From positions 1 to 64,000 of the IMG/VR virus record IMGVR_UViG_3300005440_000009: DNA of 64,000 nt; one strand, 5' to 3'. Source of the DNA: a virus. Taxonomy: Duplodnaviria; Caudoviricetes. Positions 36,477 to 45,597 of the stretch are shown here, piece after piece. Positions within the stretch are counted from its first letter, which is position 1. Each line of letters starts with the position of its first letter. Both the position numbers and the translations under genes were made by a program. Under the pieces are notes generated by a model. That model did no database searches, was not told the origin of the DNA, and saw nothing but the letters and a program-made list of their open reading frames with translations.

Positions 36477-37223
36477 CTAGCCGGGACAGCGAGCAAGCGT
36501 GAGCGCTCTTTCGAGCGTCCGATCACCCGGCTTCCACACGACGCGAGCTCGGAGGCCGCGCAAGCCGTCAACGCCAATGAAAACGCCCTTGTCGACGAAG
36601 TTTAGCCGGTCGGGATCGAAGGACCTTCCGCCGCCCGCGCCGATGCACACTTCGTCGTCGCAAATCACCTTCACGTTTGGGACGGAGAGGATCCGCTCGT
36701 AGGTGAAGGGGACGCATTTGCCGAGCTGGTAGTCGGTCGACGGATCGCCGTAGTGCCAGCGGCCGTCCAAGTGCGCGGCGCACAGCACGTGCTCGATGTT
36801 GTGCTCGTCGTCGTAAGCATGGCCCACCACCAAGGTGTGGATCCCGACGGACATCCAAGCGGCGCCGAGGAGCGTCGCCACGCCGTCGCAATCGTCGCCA
36901 CGAATGCAAACCTTGTTGGGGTTTGTCTTCGGATCGCACGCGAGCAAGGTCGCCGCCGGCATGTATTCGGCCCCGATTGGGTCGGGCACCCACAATTTCT
37001 TCTGCACGGCGGACAGAAGAATGCGCGCGCGATCGTTCGGGGTCTTGGCGCTCGAGAGGCCGCGTTCGCGGGCGACGTCCAGCATTTCGATCGCCCAGGT
37101 GCGCACGCCCGGGTCGATCGCGCCCTTCGAGACGCGCTTGGCCACTTCGTCGAGCGAGCTATTGACGCCCTGCTTGCCGAACGGGTGCTCACGTTGCGTA
37201 ACGGCGGTCCAAGGGGCGGGCAT
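36477..37223 (-). CDS. transglutaminase-like cysteine protease domain protein
   Basis: GDDCDGVATLLGA (Cys), EHVLCAA (His), WHYGDPS (Asp). Confidence 0.8.
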   Translation of the reverse strand: MPAPWTAVTQREHPFGKQGVNSSLDEVAKRVSKGAIDPGVRTWAIEMLDVARERGLSSAKTPNDRARILLSAVQKKLWVPDPIGAEYMPAATLLACDPKTNPNKVCIRGDDCDGVATLLGAAWMSVGIHTLVVGHAYDDEHNIEHVLCAAHLDGRWHYGDPSTDYQLGKCVPFTYERILSVPNVKVICDDEVCIGAGGGRSFDPDRLNFVDKGVFIGVDGLRGLRARVVWKPGDRTLERALTLARCPG

Positions 37224-37240
37224 CGATTCAGTGTAACCCG

Positions 37241-37555
37241 CTACTTGACGGGCGTCAGCAACGCGCGCGGAAGCGACCAGCCGCGGGTCAATCGGTCATG
37301 GACGGTCGACTTCTTGAACCCGAACGCGCGAGCCTTGGCGGCGACGCTGCCGCATTTCTCCCACGGCTTGAAACGCCGGAAGCCGAGCTTCAGCGCTCGC
37401 CGACGCCGAGATCGGCAGTCTTTGCACTCGCCGCGCCGGCCATCAGCGCAACGGCCATCGCGCTGGAATTCATCGATCGGGAGCCACAGGCGACAGCGCG
37501 GATTGTTGCACCGCTTCAGACGTCCAGACCGCGGCTCGACGCGCGGGATCTCCAT
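37241..37555 (-). CDS. zinc finger + HTH homing-endonuclease remnant lacking the nuclease core
   Basis: CNNPRC..LPIDEF....ECKDC; STVHDRLTRGWSLPRALLTP. Confidence 0.55.
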   Translation of the reverse strand: MEIPRVEPRSGRLKRCNNPRCRLWLPIDEFQRDGRCADGRRGECKDCRSRRRRALKLGFRRFKPWEKCGSVAAKARAFGFKKSTVHDRLTRGWSLPRALLTPVK

Positions 37556-37806
37556 CAGCCGGTTTTGCCGCTCGCCACGCTCGAGGCCGCCTCGGCGAGC
37601 TCCCGCGTGACGCCGTCCACAAACGCCATACGCCCCGGATCTTCCTCACCGGGCACCTCGGCGTTAATCGCTCGCACGGCTTCGACGAGCTGCGCGGCGT
37701 GCTCGGGGCGCATCATGATCGCGACTTGCATCTGCACGAAGCGGCCGGCGGAGGCCGGCTCGCAGGCGACGCGGATGGTGACGTCCTTGGTCTGGTAGGT
37801 GTTCAA
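37555..37806 (-). CDS. hypothetical protein
   Basis: TTG at 37806 overlapping the upstream TGA. Confidence 0.45.
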   Translation of the reverse strand: MNTYQTKDVTIRVACEPASAGRFVQMQVAIMMRPEHAAQLVEAVRAINAEVPGEEDPGRMAFVDGVTRELAEAASSVASGKTG

Positions 37807-38243
37807 TGGAGGTTCCTTTCGGGGTGGGCGAAGTCTATGTGTGCGGCGCACGCGGCCGAGCACACCGCTTCGTGGTCTTCGTTGACGTACCAGTCGTGCT
37901 GGAAGGACACCCACTTCTGATCTCCGAGCACGACGACTTCGGATTTCTCTCCGCAACAAGCGCACGTCACCGGCATCAGGACGATGCCCTTTTCGCGCGC
38001 CCGTTTGGTCCAGAAGTTTAGGAGGGGTTGGGCGAGGAGACCGTGCAGCGGCCAGATCATCAATTGCACCAACAAACCGATCATCGACCACAACAGCACC
38101 CAGGCGCGCGCGGTCGGCCAGCGGCGCATCTGATTTTTCACCACGCTCTTTACGCCGCGGCCCACGTCGGGGTTGACGAGAAAGAGGAGCGCCTGGCCCG
38201 CAATCCCGCCCAGCCACAACCAAAGAAGCACCGACACGATCAC
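37803..38243 (-). CDS. membrane protein with C-terminal Cys cluster
   Basis: two hydrophobic stretches; CACC..CSAAC. Confidence 0.55.
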   Translation of the reverse strand: MIVSVLLWLWLGGIAGQALLFLVNPDVGRGVKSVVKNQMRRWPTARAWVLLWSMIGLLVQLMIWPLHGLLAQPLLNFWTKRAREKGIVLMPVTCACCGEKSEVVVLGDQKWVSFQHDWYVNEDHEAVCSAACAAHIDFAHPERNLH

Positions 38244-40144
38244 GCTCCGTCAGAAGGCGTAACCGGTGCGATGAAATCGGGCGGCGGCGGAAGCGGCTCG
38301 GGCTTCTCGGGCTCGGGTGCGGGAGCCGGCGGCGGAGGCGGCGCGACGGGCGCGCTCACCATGACGTGGCCAGCAGGCGGCGCAACGGGAGCCGCGTATT
38401 GCGTCGCCGGAACGAACGGAGGCGCGGGCGGAGGAGGGGGCGCCACGTACGGCGGTGGCGGCGGAGGCTGCGCCACGAACGGTGCCGGCGGCGGCGGCGT
38501 CACGAGCGGCGCCGCGCCCGCCATGCGCGTCGCTTCCGCTTTGATGACTTCGGATCGCGCGATGCGCTCTTGAGCCGTGGCCACGCGCTCGAGCACTTCG
38601 GCGCTCTTGATTTGCGCTTCGGCTTTCAGATTCGCGGCTTCCGCTTCGCGTGTGATCAGATCCATCTGATCTTTCTTCCGCTTGTCCATCATCTCGACGA
38701 ATTCCTTGACGGCGGCTTTGCCGAGGTCTTGGAACTTGTCGAAGTTGGATGCGACGAACGGACCGAAGCCCGTGACCATTTCGCCGTCGATCGCGGTCAC
38801 GCGAAACGGCCCGACGTCGCGGACCTTGAGCGGGAAGTCATCGTCGGCGGCGGGATTTTCCCGGTGTTCCGGGGTTTCACTCTTTTCAGGGGCGAGCGCC
38901 TCGCGGGTCTTGCCCATCAGGTTCGAGAGCTCGAGGACCGATTGCACCGATTGGCGCGCGGCTTCCATCGGCGTCAGTTGCACCGGAGCCGGCGCCGGTT
39001 TTTCTACCGGCGCAGCGGCGGGCTGCTGGAGCGGCGACCACGCGGAGCCGTTCCAGACGATCCATTGGCCGTTCCAGAAGATCGGCTGACCGGGGGCGGG
39101 GCCGGCTTGCTGTTGCGCTTGCGGTTGCTCGCGGCGGGCGGCGGAGAGCTCGGCGACGAGGCGGTCGTTCATGGTGATGAGGGCGGCGATCGCGGCGTCG
39201 TTGGTCGGCGCGGCAGCGGGCGGCGGCGGGGGCGGCGGCTGGTGCTGCGGGTGCTGGTATTGCGGACCGGCTACGCCGTTGGGCGGAGGCGGATACTGCG
39301 GACCAGGCGCGCCTTGGGGATACGCTGGCGGCGGAGCGTGCTGGGGCGGGTAGCCCGGAGGCGGATACGGCGCGGGAGCGGATTGAGGAGGAACGGCCCC
39401 CGGGGGATATCGCGGATCGTACGCTTGCTGCGGCGGGTAGCCAGCGGGCGGGTAACCCGCCGGCGGATAGCCGCCTTGGGTCGGGTAACCTTGCTGCGGC
39501 GGATAGCCGGGAGGAGCGCCGTAGCCGCCTTGCGGCGGGTAGCCTTGTTGCGGCGGATAGCCGGGCGGAGGGTAGCCGTTTCCTCGCTGACTCATTTCTC
39601 GGTCCTCTTCCTGCCAACGCGGATCGTCGAGCATGTAGATCATGCCCGTTGCCCAACATGGCTCCGTCGAATCTCCGATGGTCCACTTGCAAGTGCATTT
39701 CTTGCCCTGCGTGTATTCCGCTACAAAGCGCTGGAGGTCCCGCCAGTCGCGCAGCGATTCCACCGGCACCACGGGCAAGTGCGCGCGCGTCGGCTCCGTC
39801 ATCATGATCGTGACGGACGAATTTGGATGAAGCATCACCGCTTGCTGGTAGCGGAGCGGAAAGTCGGCGTTGAGCTTGACGTTGCGATCGCCGCGATGCT
39901 TCTGCGCGACCTGGCCGCGATACTGCTGAGAGATGACGGCTGCGGTCCTGTCGAGCGGAATGTTGAGCGCGTCTTCGGGCGAGACTTCGACTTCGTCTCC
40001 GATCGGCATGCCGTGAGCGTCAACCGGGAAGCCGTTGACGACCGCCTTTGCCGAGTCTTGGAGATCCGGCGGCGGCGCGGGCGGGTGACGCACGCGCGCC
40101 TCGCCGTTGGTTCCGTTTTCGAGACGTTTTCGACGACTTGCCAT
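38240..40144 (-). CDS. large Pro/Gly/Tyr/Gln-rich low-complexity protein
   Basis: 634 aa; tandem GYPP(Q/A/P) units, charged helical segment, poly-Pro tail. Confidence 0.7.
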   Translation of the reverse strand: MASRRKRLENGTNGEARVRHPPAPPPDLQDSAKAVVNGFPVDAHGMPIGDEVEVSPEDALNIPLDRTAAVISQQYRGQVAQKHRGDRNVKLNADFPLRYQQAVMLHPNSSVTIMMTEPTRAHLPVVPVESLRDWRDLQRFVAEYTQGKKCTCKWTIGDSTEPCWATGMIYMLDDPRWQEEDREMSQRGNGYPPPGYPPQQGYPPQGGYGAPPGYPPQQGYPTQGGYPPAGYPPAGYPPQQAYDPRYPPGAVPPQSAPAPYPPPGYPPQHAPPPAYPQGAPGPQYPPPPNGVAGPQYQHPQHQPPPPPPPAAAPTNDAAIAALITMNDRLVAELSAARREQPQAQQQAGPAPGQPIFWNGQWIVWNGSAWSPLQQPAAAPVEKPAPAPVQLTPMEAARQSVQSVLELSNLMGKTREALAPEKSETPEHRENPAADDDFPLKVRDVGPFRVTAIDGEMVTGFGPFVASNFDKFQDLGKAAVKEFVEMMDKRKKDQMDLITREAEAANLKAEAQIKSAEVLERVATAQERIARSEVIKAEATRMAGAAPLVTPPPPAPFVAQPPPPPPYVAPPPPPAPPFVPATQYAAPVAPPAGHVMVSAPVAPPPPPAPAPEPEKPEPLPPPPDFIAPVTPSDGA

Positions 40145-40156
40145 TTTGGTGCGCTA

Positions 40157-40495
40157 TCAAGTAACCACGGGCTCGGACGCCGTCACGGCCGCCGGCATCA
40201 ACGCGGCGAAGATTCGACCGAAGAGATTGCGGGTCGCCTTCTTCAAGAGCTCGTCGGTCGGGAAGGCGTAGTTGCCTTGGGCTTCCACGTCGAAGATCAG
40301 GCGGCGGCGGATTTGCCCGGAGAGCGGCGAAGCTTCGGTGACGTCGCCTGCGAGGTTTAGGCCGATGAGGGCGGCGGTCTCGCCGTTGTGATCGAAGACG
40401 ATGTCGCTCGCGCGCTGGAAAAGTTTGGTGCCCGATGCCGAGGGCTGGTTTCCGACATTCAGGTCGTAGATGAGCTCGATTTGATTTGCCATCAC
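40157..40495 (-). CDS. hypothetical protein
   Basis: 112 aa, GTGA overlap. Confidence 0.55.
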   Translation of the reverse strand: MMANQIELIYDLNVGNQPSASGTKLFQRASDIVFDHNGETAALIGLNLAGDVTEASPLSGQIRRRLIFDVEAQGNYAFPTDELLKKATRNLFGRIFAALMPAAVTASEPVVT

Positions 40496-40707
40496 TCAGC
40501 TGCCTTTCCGTTTACCGGCTCTTTGACGAGTCGGCCCTGCTTCACTTCGGCACGATGAAGCCTTGCAAGCGCGAGCGCAATCACCGCGCTTCGGTTGATG
40601 TCGTTGGAGTCGGCTAGCGACTCCAGATGGCGGAAGGATTTTGTATTCAGGAACACCACTACTCGAACACGATCCACCTGCCTGCGTTTGGCGGGGCGGG
40701 CGGCCAC
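40492..40707 (-). CDS. ribbon-helix-helix (CopG/Arc-like) regulator
   Basis: VRVVVFL strand, SFRHLESLA helix, INRSAVIALALARL helix. Confidence 0.7.
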   Translation of the reverse strand: MAARPAKRRQVDRVRVVVFLNTKSFRHLESLADSNDINRSAVIALALARLHRAEVKQGRLVKEPVNGKAAE

Positions 40708-40719
40708 TCATTTTCTCCT

Positions 40720-41295
40720 TTAGGGCGTGTCCATAGGCACGTTTGCGTAAATCTCGCGCTCGCGTTTGCGAAGGAATTCTCGGTAGTTTTCGAGCGCCAC
40801 CCGCGGTCCTTGTTCCCAGCCTTCGGATGATTTTTTCCCGACCTGGAATTCCTCGGCTCCGCTCGCCCACATGAGCGCTTCCGCGAGCTCATGCATGATG
40901 TTGCAGAGCTCGTTGCGCTCGACGCGTGCGCGGTCGCGCTCCGTGCGCATCGCGTCCCAGTGTTTCGTGGAGTCGGGATCGAGCTGACGCTCGCGGGCTT
41001 CGATGGTGAGTTGCGCGTCGCGAAGCTGGCGCGCCATCACATGAAACTCATGCGAGCGCGTGAGATCGTCGAGTTGCGCGCTCGTCAAGTCCGGCATTCG
41101 TCCGCGGCGCCGGATACGCCGGCGGGCGCCCGTGAATTTCTCGAAGACCATGGCGTTGCCGACGCCGTGCATGAAGTCCCAGTCATCACGCACGAGCTCT
41201 TGTATTTCTTTTTCGGCGGACACGCCGTCTTGGATCGTCAGGACTTTGATGAGGCGCGTCGTCGCCTCTTCGCCGATGGACTGTGACTTTTCCAT
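40720..41295 (-). CDS. hypothetical helical protein
   Basis: 191 aa. Confidence 0.55.
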   Translation of the reverse strand: MEKSQSIGEEATTRLIKVLTIQDGVSAEKEIQELVRDDWDFMHGVGNAMVFEKFTGARRRIRRRGRMPDLTSAQLDDLTRSHEFHVMARQLRDAQLTIEARERQLDPDSTKHWDAMRTERDRARVERNELCNIMHELAEALMWASGAEEFQVGKKSSEGWEQGPRVALENYREFLRKREREIYANVPMDTP

Positions 41296-41319
41296 GTTCC
41301 GTCTTTCGCTTTGGGTGGG

Positions 41320-41952
41320 CTAAGCGCGAGGCGCTTCGGTGGATCCGTTGTTTGGTTTGGCGACGACGGGCTCTTCGTCGTCGTCATCGTCGTCATCGTC
41401 GGCGGTCTCTTCGGCCTGCACGACTTCGATGAGCTCGACGAGCTCCTTGGCGAGAATGCGATCGACCTCGCAGAATTGCTTCAAGCGGGGGAAGCGCTCG
41501 TCGACCCAAGAGTTGATCTGCTCGTCGAGATCCGGATCGGGGCCGGGCGGGATCAAATCTTGATTGAGCGTATTCATCATTTTCCCGAACATATCGATGG
41601 CGTCGTTGAAGCCTTGCGTGCGGCAAAGGCGCGCCACGTTGTCGGCGGGGATCTCGTGCACTTGCGTCTCTTCGGGACACGCGGGGCAGCCCGCGCGGTT
41701 GAGGGGCTGGCACTCGGGGCACATGCCGGGGTTTTTGATGCCGTGCATGCCGGCGGCGTCGCGCATCAGCACGTAGTAGCGCTCGGGGCGAATGGTCTTG
41801 GTGAGCCCATGGAAACTTTCGACGATTTCCGACTCGTAGCCGATGAGCCAGATGATGCCGCGGATGTTTTCCTTGCCCGTGTTGGGCCATTCTTCGTTGC
41901 AGGTGTAAACCGTGCCGTCCTTGCAAATCAGGCGGAAGTACTGTCGTTGCAT
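41320..41952 (-). CDS. hypothetical protein with Cys cluster and acidic tail
   Basis: CPEC..CPAC; DDDDDDDE. Confidence 0.55.
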   Translation of the reverse strand: MQRQYFRLICKDGTVYTCNEEWPNTGKENIRGIIWLIGYESEIVESFHGLTKTIRPERYYVLMRDAAGMHGIKNPGMCPECQPLNRAGCPACPEETQVHEIPADNVARLCRTQGFNDAIDMFGKMMNTLNQDLIPPGPDPDLDEQINSWVDERFPRLKQFCEVDRILAKELVELIEVVQAEETADDDDDDDDEEPVVAKPNNGSTEAPRA

Positions 41953-42161
41953 CGATTACCGGCTCGCTTTCCCAGTGCACAAAATAGACACAAGCTCAGC
42001 GGGAGCGCCATAGGCCACAAATAAATCACGGCCACCCTCATGCCCCCGTCGGGTGGTGTTGCTTCCGCTATTTGCAGATGCGCCGACGAGCTACACGAGA
42101 ATGGCCGGGACGAGAATCCGCGGTGAGCAGTCCTCGAAGGCGAGACTATGCACTCTCACGG

Positions 42162-43670
42162 TCAGGCGCAAGTGTTTGAAGGGATATCGAAAAGCGGCAA
42201 TCCGGGTGGGCCGCGCGCTAACCCGGGACTTTCTTTGGGTCTTTCGTGGGGGCGGAGGGAATCGATCGCGCCGCAAGCTTGGCACTCGCAGTGCTGTTTT
42301 ACCCAGAATTTTCGGCTAGCTGTGATGAGTCGCCCCCGGTCGAGCCCGCGGTAAACGGCTGAAAAAAGCGATGGGTGCATCAGCACCTTGCACTCGGGAT
42401 CCTCGAAGTCTTTCGTGAGGTACTTCACAAGCTCCATCGCGAGATCGATGCCGTCGACCTCGGCGCCTTTGCCTCGGGAAGTGACCCGCTTGTAGTCGAC
42501 CCTCGGGTAAGGAATTTTTTTCGAACAGTTTTTTAGCCAGCGAAGGGCGGTCTCGTCGTTGGCTTTTTGGAGCTCGATGCGGAGATCGGCTTTGTCTTTC
42601 CATGCGTGCTCAGGCCAGAGCTCAAGCGGAAATCCGGATTTGATGAGCGCGCGCCCCCAGAGAGCGCGGATCACCTGAACGCGTGCGAACGGAGAGAGGA
42701 GCCAGCAATGAATGTGCACGTGGCCCGCTTCGTCGCGTCCGGTCGTCGCCTCGAGCACACGCACGAATGAGATCAGATCGAACCCTGGGTGCTTCCAATA
42801 TTTTCCGCGCCAGCGGTTGCGGAGCGAATTCATGAAACGCCGCCAGGCGTTTCTTACAAGCCAAGCTTGTGCTTCGGGACCGTAGAGTTTTCTAAACTCG
42901 CCATCTTCGTCTTCGATCGTGATGAATTGCTCGAGCGCTATATGCGGACAGGTGAGCGTCAAGAACCTCTCGACCATCGGATCGTGAGGTACCTGACCCG
43001 GACCCAACCTGCGATAGCGGACCCGTTGTAGTGCTTCGAGACGTGAATGCAAAAACCTTTTCCGGTTTTTCTTGATGCGGATCTGCCGGCAGTCCCAGCA
43101 GAGCAGAGTTGCTCCGCACATTTTTTTCAGGACGAGCGGATTGCCGTGCTTGTCCTGCGTGACTGTCTTGCAGTGCACACACACCAAGACTCCGCGCTCT
43201 TCGGCGCCACAGGCGCGCACGCGCATGAAGCGCTCGATTTGTCCCTTGCTTCGATCACGGTGCCACTTGCTGTCGCCTCGCCGGTCGGCTTCCTCAAAGA
43301 CGCGATCGCGGAAACTGTTTGTTGGCTCGTGCTCGTCGCGGAGGAGCCGATGCCGTCCTCGGCTGGTTTGTTTCTTCTGCGTGTCCCAGCGACGTAGGAT
43401 CTTTTTTACCTCGGGGGTCGATCCTGGGAGCGCTCGGAACTTCGCCAAAGGACCGAAGCCGATTTCGTCGTTGGACGCTTGGCGGATTTCGTCACGCAAG
43501 AAAAGCGCTTCATCGCTGCGCTCGACGCCGCGCGCGGAAATGCGGTTGGCGCGCCTGATTCGGTGCTCTCTCGTTTCTCGCTCGACAGTGAGGAGCCACG
43601 GGGCTGGCTTGATTCGTAGGCTCTTTGCGCGCGGCTCGGGATTGGTGAGCGCAAAGACAGCTTCGGGCAT
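42162..43670 (-). CDS. rep: HUH rolling-circle replication initiator
   Basis: motif I FLTLT, motif II GHVHIH, motif III VKYLTK; upstream CVHC..CWDC zinc finger. Confidence 0.85.
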   Translation of the reverse strand: MPEAVFALTNPEPRAKSLRIKPAPWLLTVERETREHRIRRANRISARGVERSDEALFLRDEIRQASNDEIGFGPLAKFRALPGSTPEVKKILRRWDTQKKQTSRGRHRLLRDEHEPTNSFRDRVFEEADRRGDSKWHRDRSKGQIERFMRVRACGAEERGVLVCVHCKTVTQDKHGNPLVLKKMCGATLLCWDCRQIRIKKNRKRFLHSRLEALQRVRYRRLGPGQVPHDPMVERFLTLTCPHIALEQFITIEDEDGEFRKLYGPEAQAWLVRNAWRRFMNSLRNRWRGKYWKHPGFDLISFVRVLEATTGRDEAGHVHIHCWLLSPFARVQVIRALWGRALIKSGFPLELWPEHAWKDKADLRIELQKANDETALRWLKNCSKKIPYPRVDYKRVTSRGKGAEVDGIDLAMELVKYLTKDFEDPECKVLMHPSLFSAVYRGLDRGRLITASRKFWVKQHCECQACGAIDSLRPHERPKESPGLARGPPGLPLFDIPSNTCA

Positions 43671-43679
43671 GACGGCCGA

Positions 43680-43997
43680 TCAGCCGGCAGCGCGGGCGAG
43701 ACAGAGCTCGCGGAGCGCCAGGCGTACGTCAAGAGCTGCCTGATGCCTCACCTCGAAGGGAGAGGCCATGGGAGCGCGTAAGCGCGCGTCAAAACGCGCT
43801 TGGTCGAAGATGTCGCGCGCGCTCGCGCTATCGATGCGCAGAAGCGCGAAGCAGTAGCGGAGCTCCGCTTCGAGAGCTAACGCCGCGGTCTCGAGCGCGG
43901 CGTCGCGAATAGCATCGGAGATTAAATCTTCGTCCGGCTCTGTGATTCGGTCGGACGGAAACCAGCCGTGAAGAAGCAACACCATCGGAACGGCCAA
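43680..43997 (-). CDS. hypothetical protein
   Basis: 105 aa directly upstream of rep. Confidence 0.45.
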   Translation of the reverse strand: MAVPMVLLLHGWFPSDRITEPDEDLISDAIRDAALETAALALEAELRYCFALLRIDSASARDIFDQARFDARLRAPMASPFEVRHQAALDVRLALRELCLARAAG

Positions 43998-44038
43998 CGT
44001 AAGCGGGCTCGGTCCGAAGGGTCAAATAAAAACGCGCC

Positions 44039-44052
44039 GGTGAAATTTCACC
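44039..44052. promoter_or_regulatory. 14-bp perfect palindrome GGTGAAATTTCACC
   Basis: self-complementary, in an AT-rich patch upstream of the rep genes; function unknown. Confidence 0.4.
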
Positions 44053-44497
44053 ACGATTTCTGGCGCCAATTTTTATCGGTGGTGTCGAGAATCGCCACAG
44101 CAAGCAATGCAATGCAGCGACGAATACGTGCAGCGTTTGCTGAAGAAATCGGATCGATCTGTCCGATCATCAAAAGCAAAGATGCGCCGCGCATGAACGA
44201 CGCGGCGTTACCGATCGCGGCGCCGGTCGCGACGTTTTCTTTCGAAGACCAATCGGGGGCGTTGTCTGCGCGGAGCGCGATCGTGAGTGCTTGCAGTCGC
44301 CGCTCGTTCCAGAAACCCTTGAGCTCGCCGCGCGCGGCGGTGGAGAGAGCTGCCGCCGCGTCGCTGTAGCCGCGCGCCTCGAGCCAGCGGGCCGCTCGAA
44401 GAAAATCGGTCGAAGCACGAAAGTGCTTCTCTTGGCCTCGGCTCGCTTTCCTGAAGCGATCGACGTCCGGCCCTTCAGGATCCTTGAAGTTGGCCAT
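44048..44497 (-). CDS. hypothetical protein
   Basis: 149 aa. Confidence 0.45.
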   Translation of the reverse strand: MANFKDPEGPDVDRFRKASRGQEKHFRASTDFLRAARWLEARGYSDAAAALSTAARGELKGFWNERRLQALTIALRADNAPDWSSKENVATGAAIGNAASFMRGASLLLMIGQIDPISSANAARIRRCIALLAVAILDTTDKNWRQKSW

Positions 44498-44672
44498 TCT
44501 CTTCGATTTTTTTCGGAGTTGGCTGATCTGCCGGCGCCGGATCTGTTGGGCGCTCGCCCGGATCGGTCGGATTTGGCGGAATGATCAGCGGCGGCATCGC
44601 CGGTGGCGTCGGTTTGTAGGGTTTCGACGGGGTTTCCGGCTTGGTCGGAGGCTCTTCTTCGGGAAATCTCAT
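44475..44672 (-). CDS. Pro-rich small hypothetical protein
   Basis: 65 aa, ATGA overlap. Confidence 0.4.
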   Translation of the reverse strand: MRFPEEEPPTKPETPSKPYKPTPPAMPPLIIPPNPTDPGERPTDPAPADQPTPKKIEENGQLQGS

Positions 44673-44962
44673 TCGGGGATCTCCAAAGTGTGGACTCCAG
44701 ATCGCCTTTTCACTCCCAACCCGTGGAGTTGTTTATCTATTTCTTCGATTTCGTTCTGCAAAATCCATCGCATGAGCAAGAGCGCGCCGAACTTTTCGCT
44801 CGGAACGCGCTCCGCCGGCACGTTGTCTGCGATTTCCTCGAATACTTGCATGCCGAGTAGGCACGCTTCGAGGCGATCTTGCGAGGTCTTTGACTCTGTC
44901 CGCTCGAAAAGAGCCTCGGCCTCGTGTCGGATCTCGTCTTCGGTCCACTCCAGTTTTGGCAC
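44669..44962 (-). CDS. hypothetical protein
   Basis: 97 aa; GAAAGGA RBS. Confidence 0.55.
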   Translation of the reverse strand: MPKLEWTEDEIRHEAEALFERTESKTSQDRLEACLLGMQVFEEIADNVPAERVPSEKFGALLLMRWILQNEIEEIDKQLHGLGVKRRSGVHTLEIPE

Positions 44963-45048
44963 GCTTCTTTCCTTTCAATCATTCCGCAGTGTTGATTTAA
45001 GAGGGTTGGCTGGTTTGGACGTTATTCCTTTCTTATCGAGCAGAGAGA

Positions 45049-45252
45049 TCAGATCGGAGGCGTCGTTTCACGCTCGTAAGTCTGACCGCACTGGCAGCGC
45101 TCCGGCGGCAGTCCAGAGGTCCCGATCTGAAACCCCCACGCCTTGCACTTCCAGCCCGGCACGGATCGCTTGTACGGCTCCGAGCCCGGGAAATCCTGCT
45201 CGGTATATTCGACCATGACGCCTTCCCACGCTTCTTCGAGTGTCATTTTCAT
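45049..45252 (-). CDS. small Cys-containing hypothetical protein
   Basis: WKCKAWG..CQCG. Confidence 0.5.
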   Translation of the reverse strand: MKMTLEEAWEGVMVEYTEQDFPGSEPYKRSVPGWKCKAWGFQIGTSGLPPERCQCGQTYERETTPPI

Positions 45253-45282
45253 TGCCTTTTCTTCGTTGTTTCAGAGACACTG

Positions 45283-45561
45283 TTGGTCGTGCAACATAAA
45301 TACACCGCGGCGCTTCGTAAGGCCCTAGCTGAAGCTTGGTGTTCTTTTCATCGGGACTATCATCCGCTCGAGGCGTTCGATTCTTGCCGCGGGGTGCGGC
45401 AGCGATATTGCCGAGCGGGAAGGCTCGAATACATGCGCCAGCGGAGGCTCGTCACGGGCGAAGCCGCCAAACTCCGTGAGCGCTATCGGACCGACGAAGC
45501 CTACCGCGAGCGCTGCAAGGCCAGGGCGCGCGAGACGATGCGGGCCTTTCGGTCCCGATAG
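45283..45561 (+). CDS. degenerate zinc-finger protein (endonuclease VII-type N-terminus, no nuclease)
   Basis: C..HPLEAF..RYCRAG..Y.R pattern; opposite strand to neighbours; start uncertain. Confidence 0.35.
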   Translation: MVVQHKYTAALRKALAEAWCSFHRDYHPLEAFDSCRGVRQRYCRAGRLEYMRQRRLVTGEAAKLRERYRTDEAYRERCKARARETMRAFRSR

Positions 45562-45597
45562 CGTTACGAGGTTCCGCACCATTCGTTAGCCCATCTT

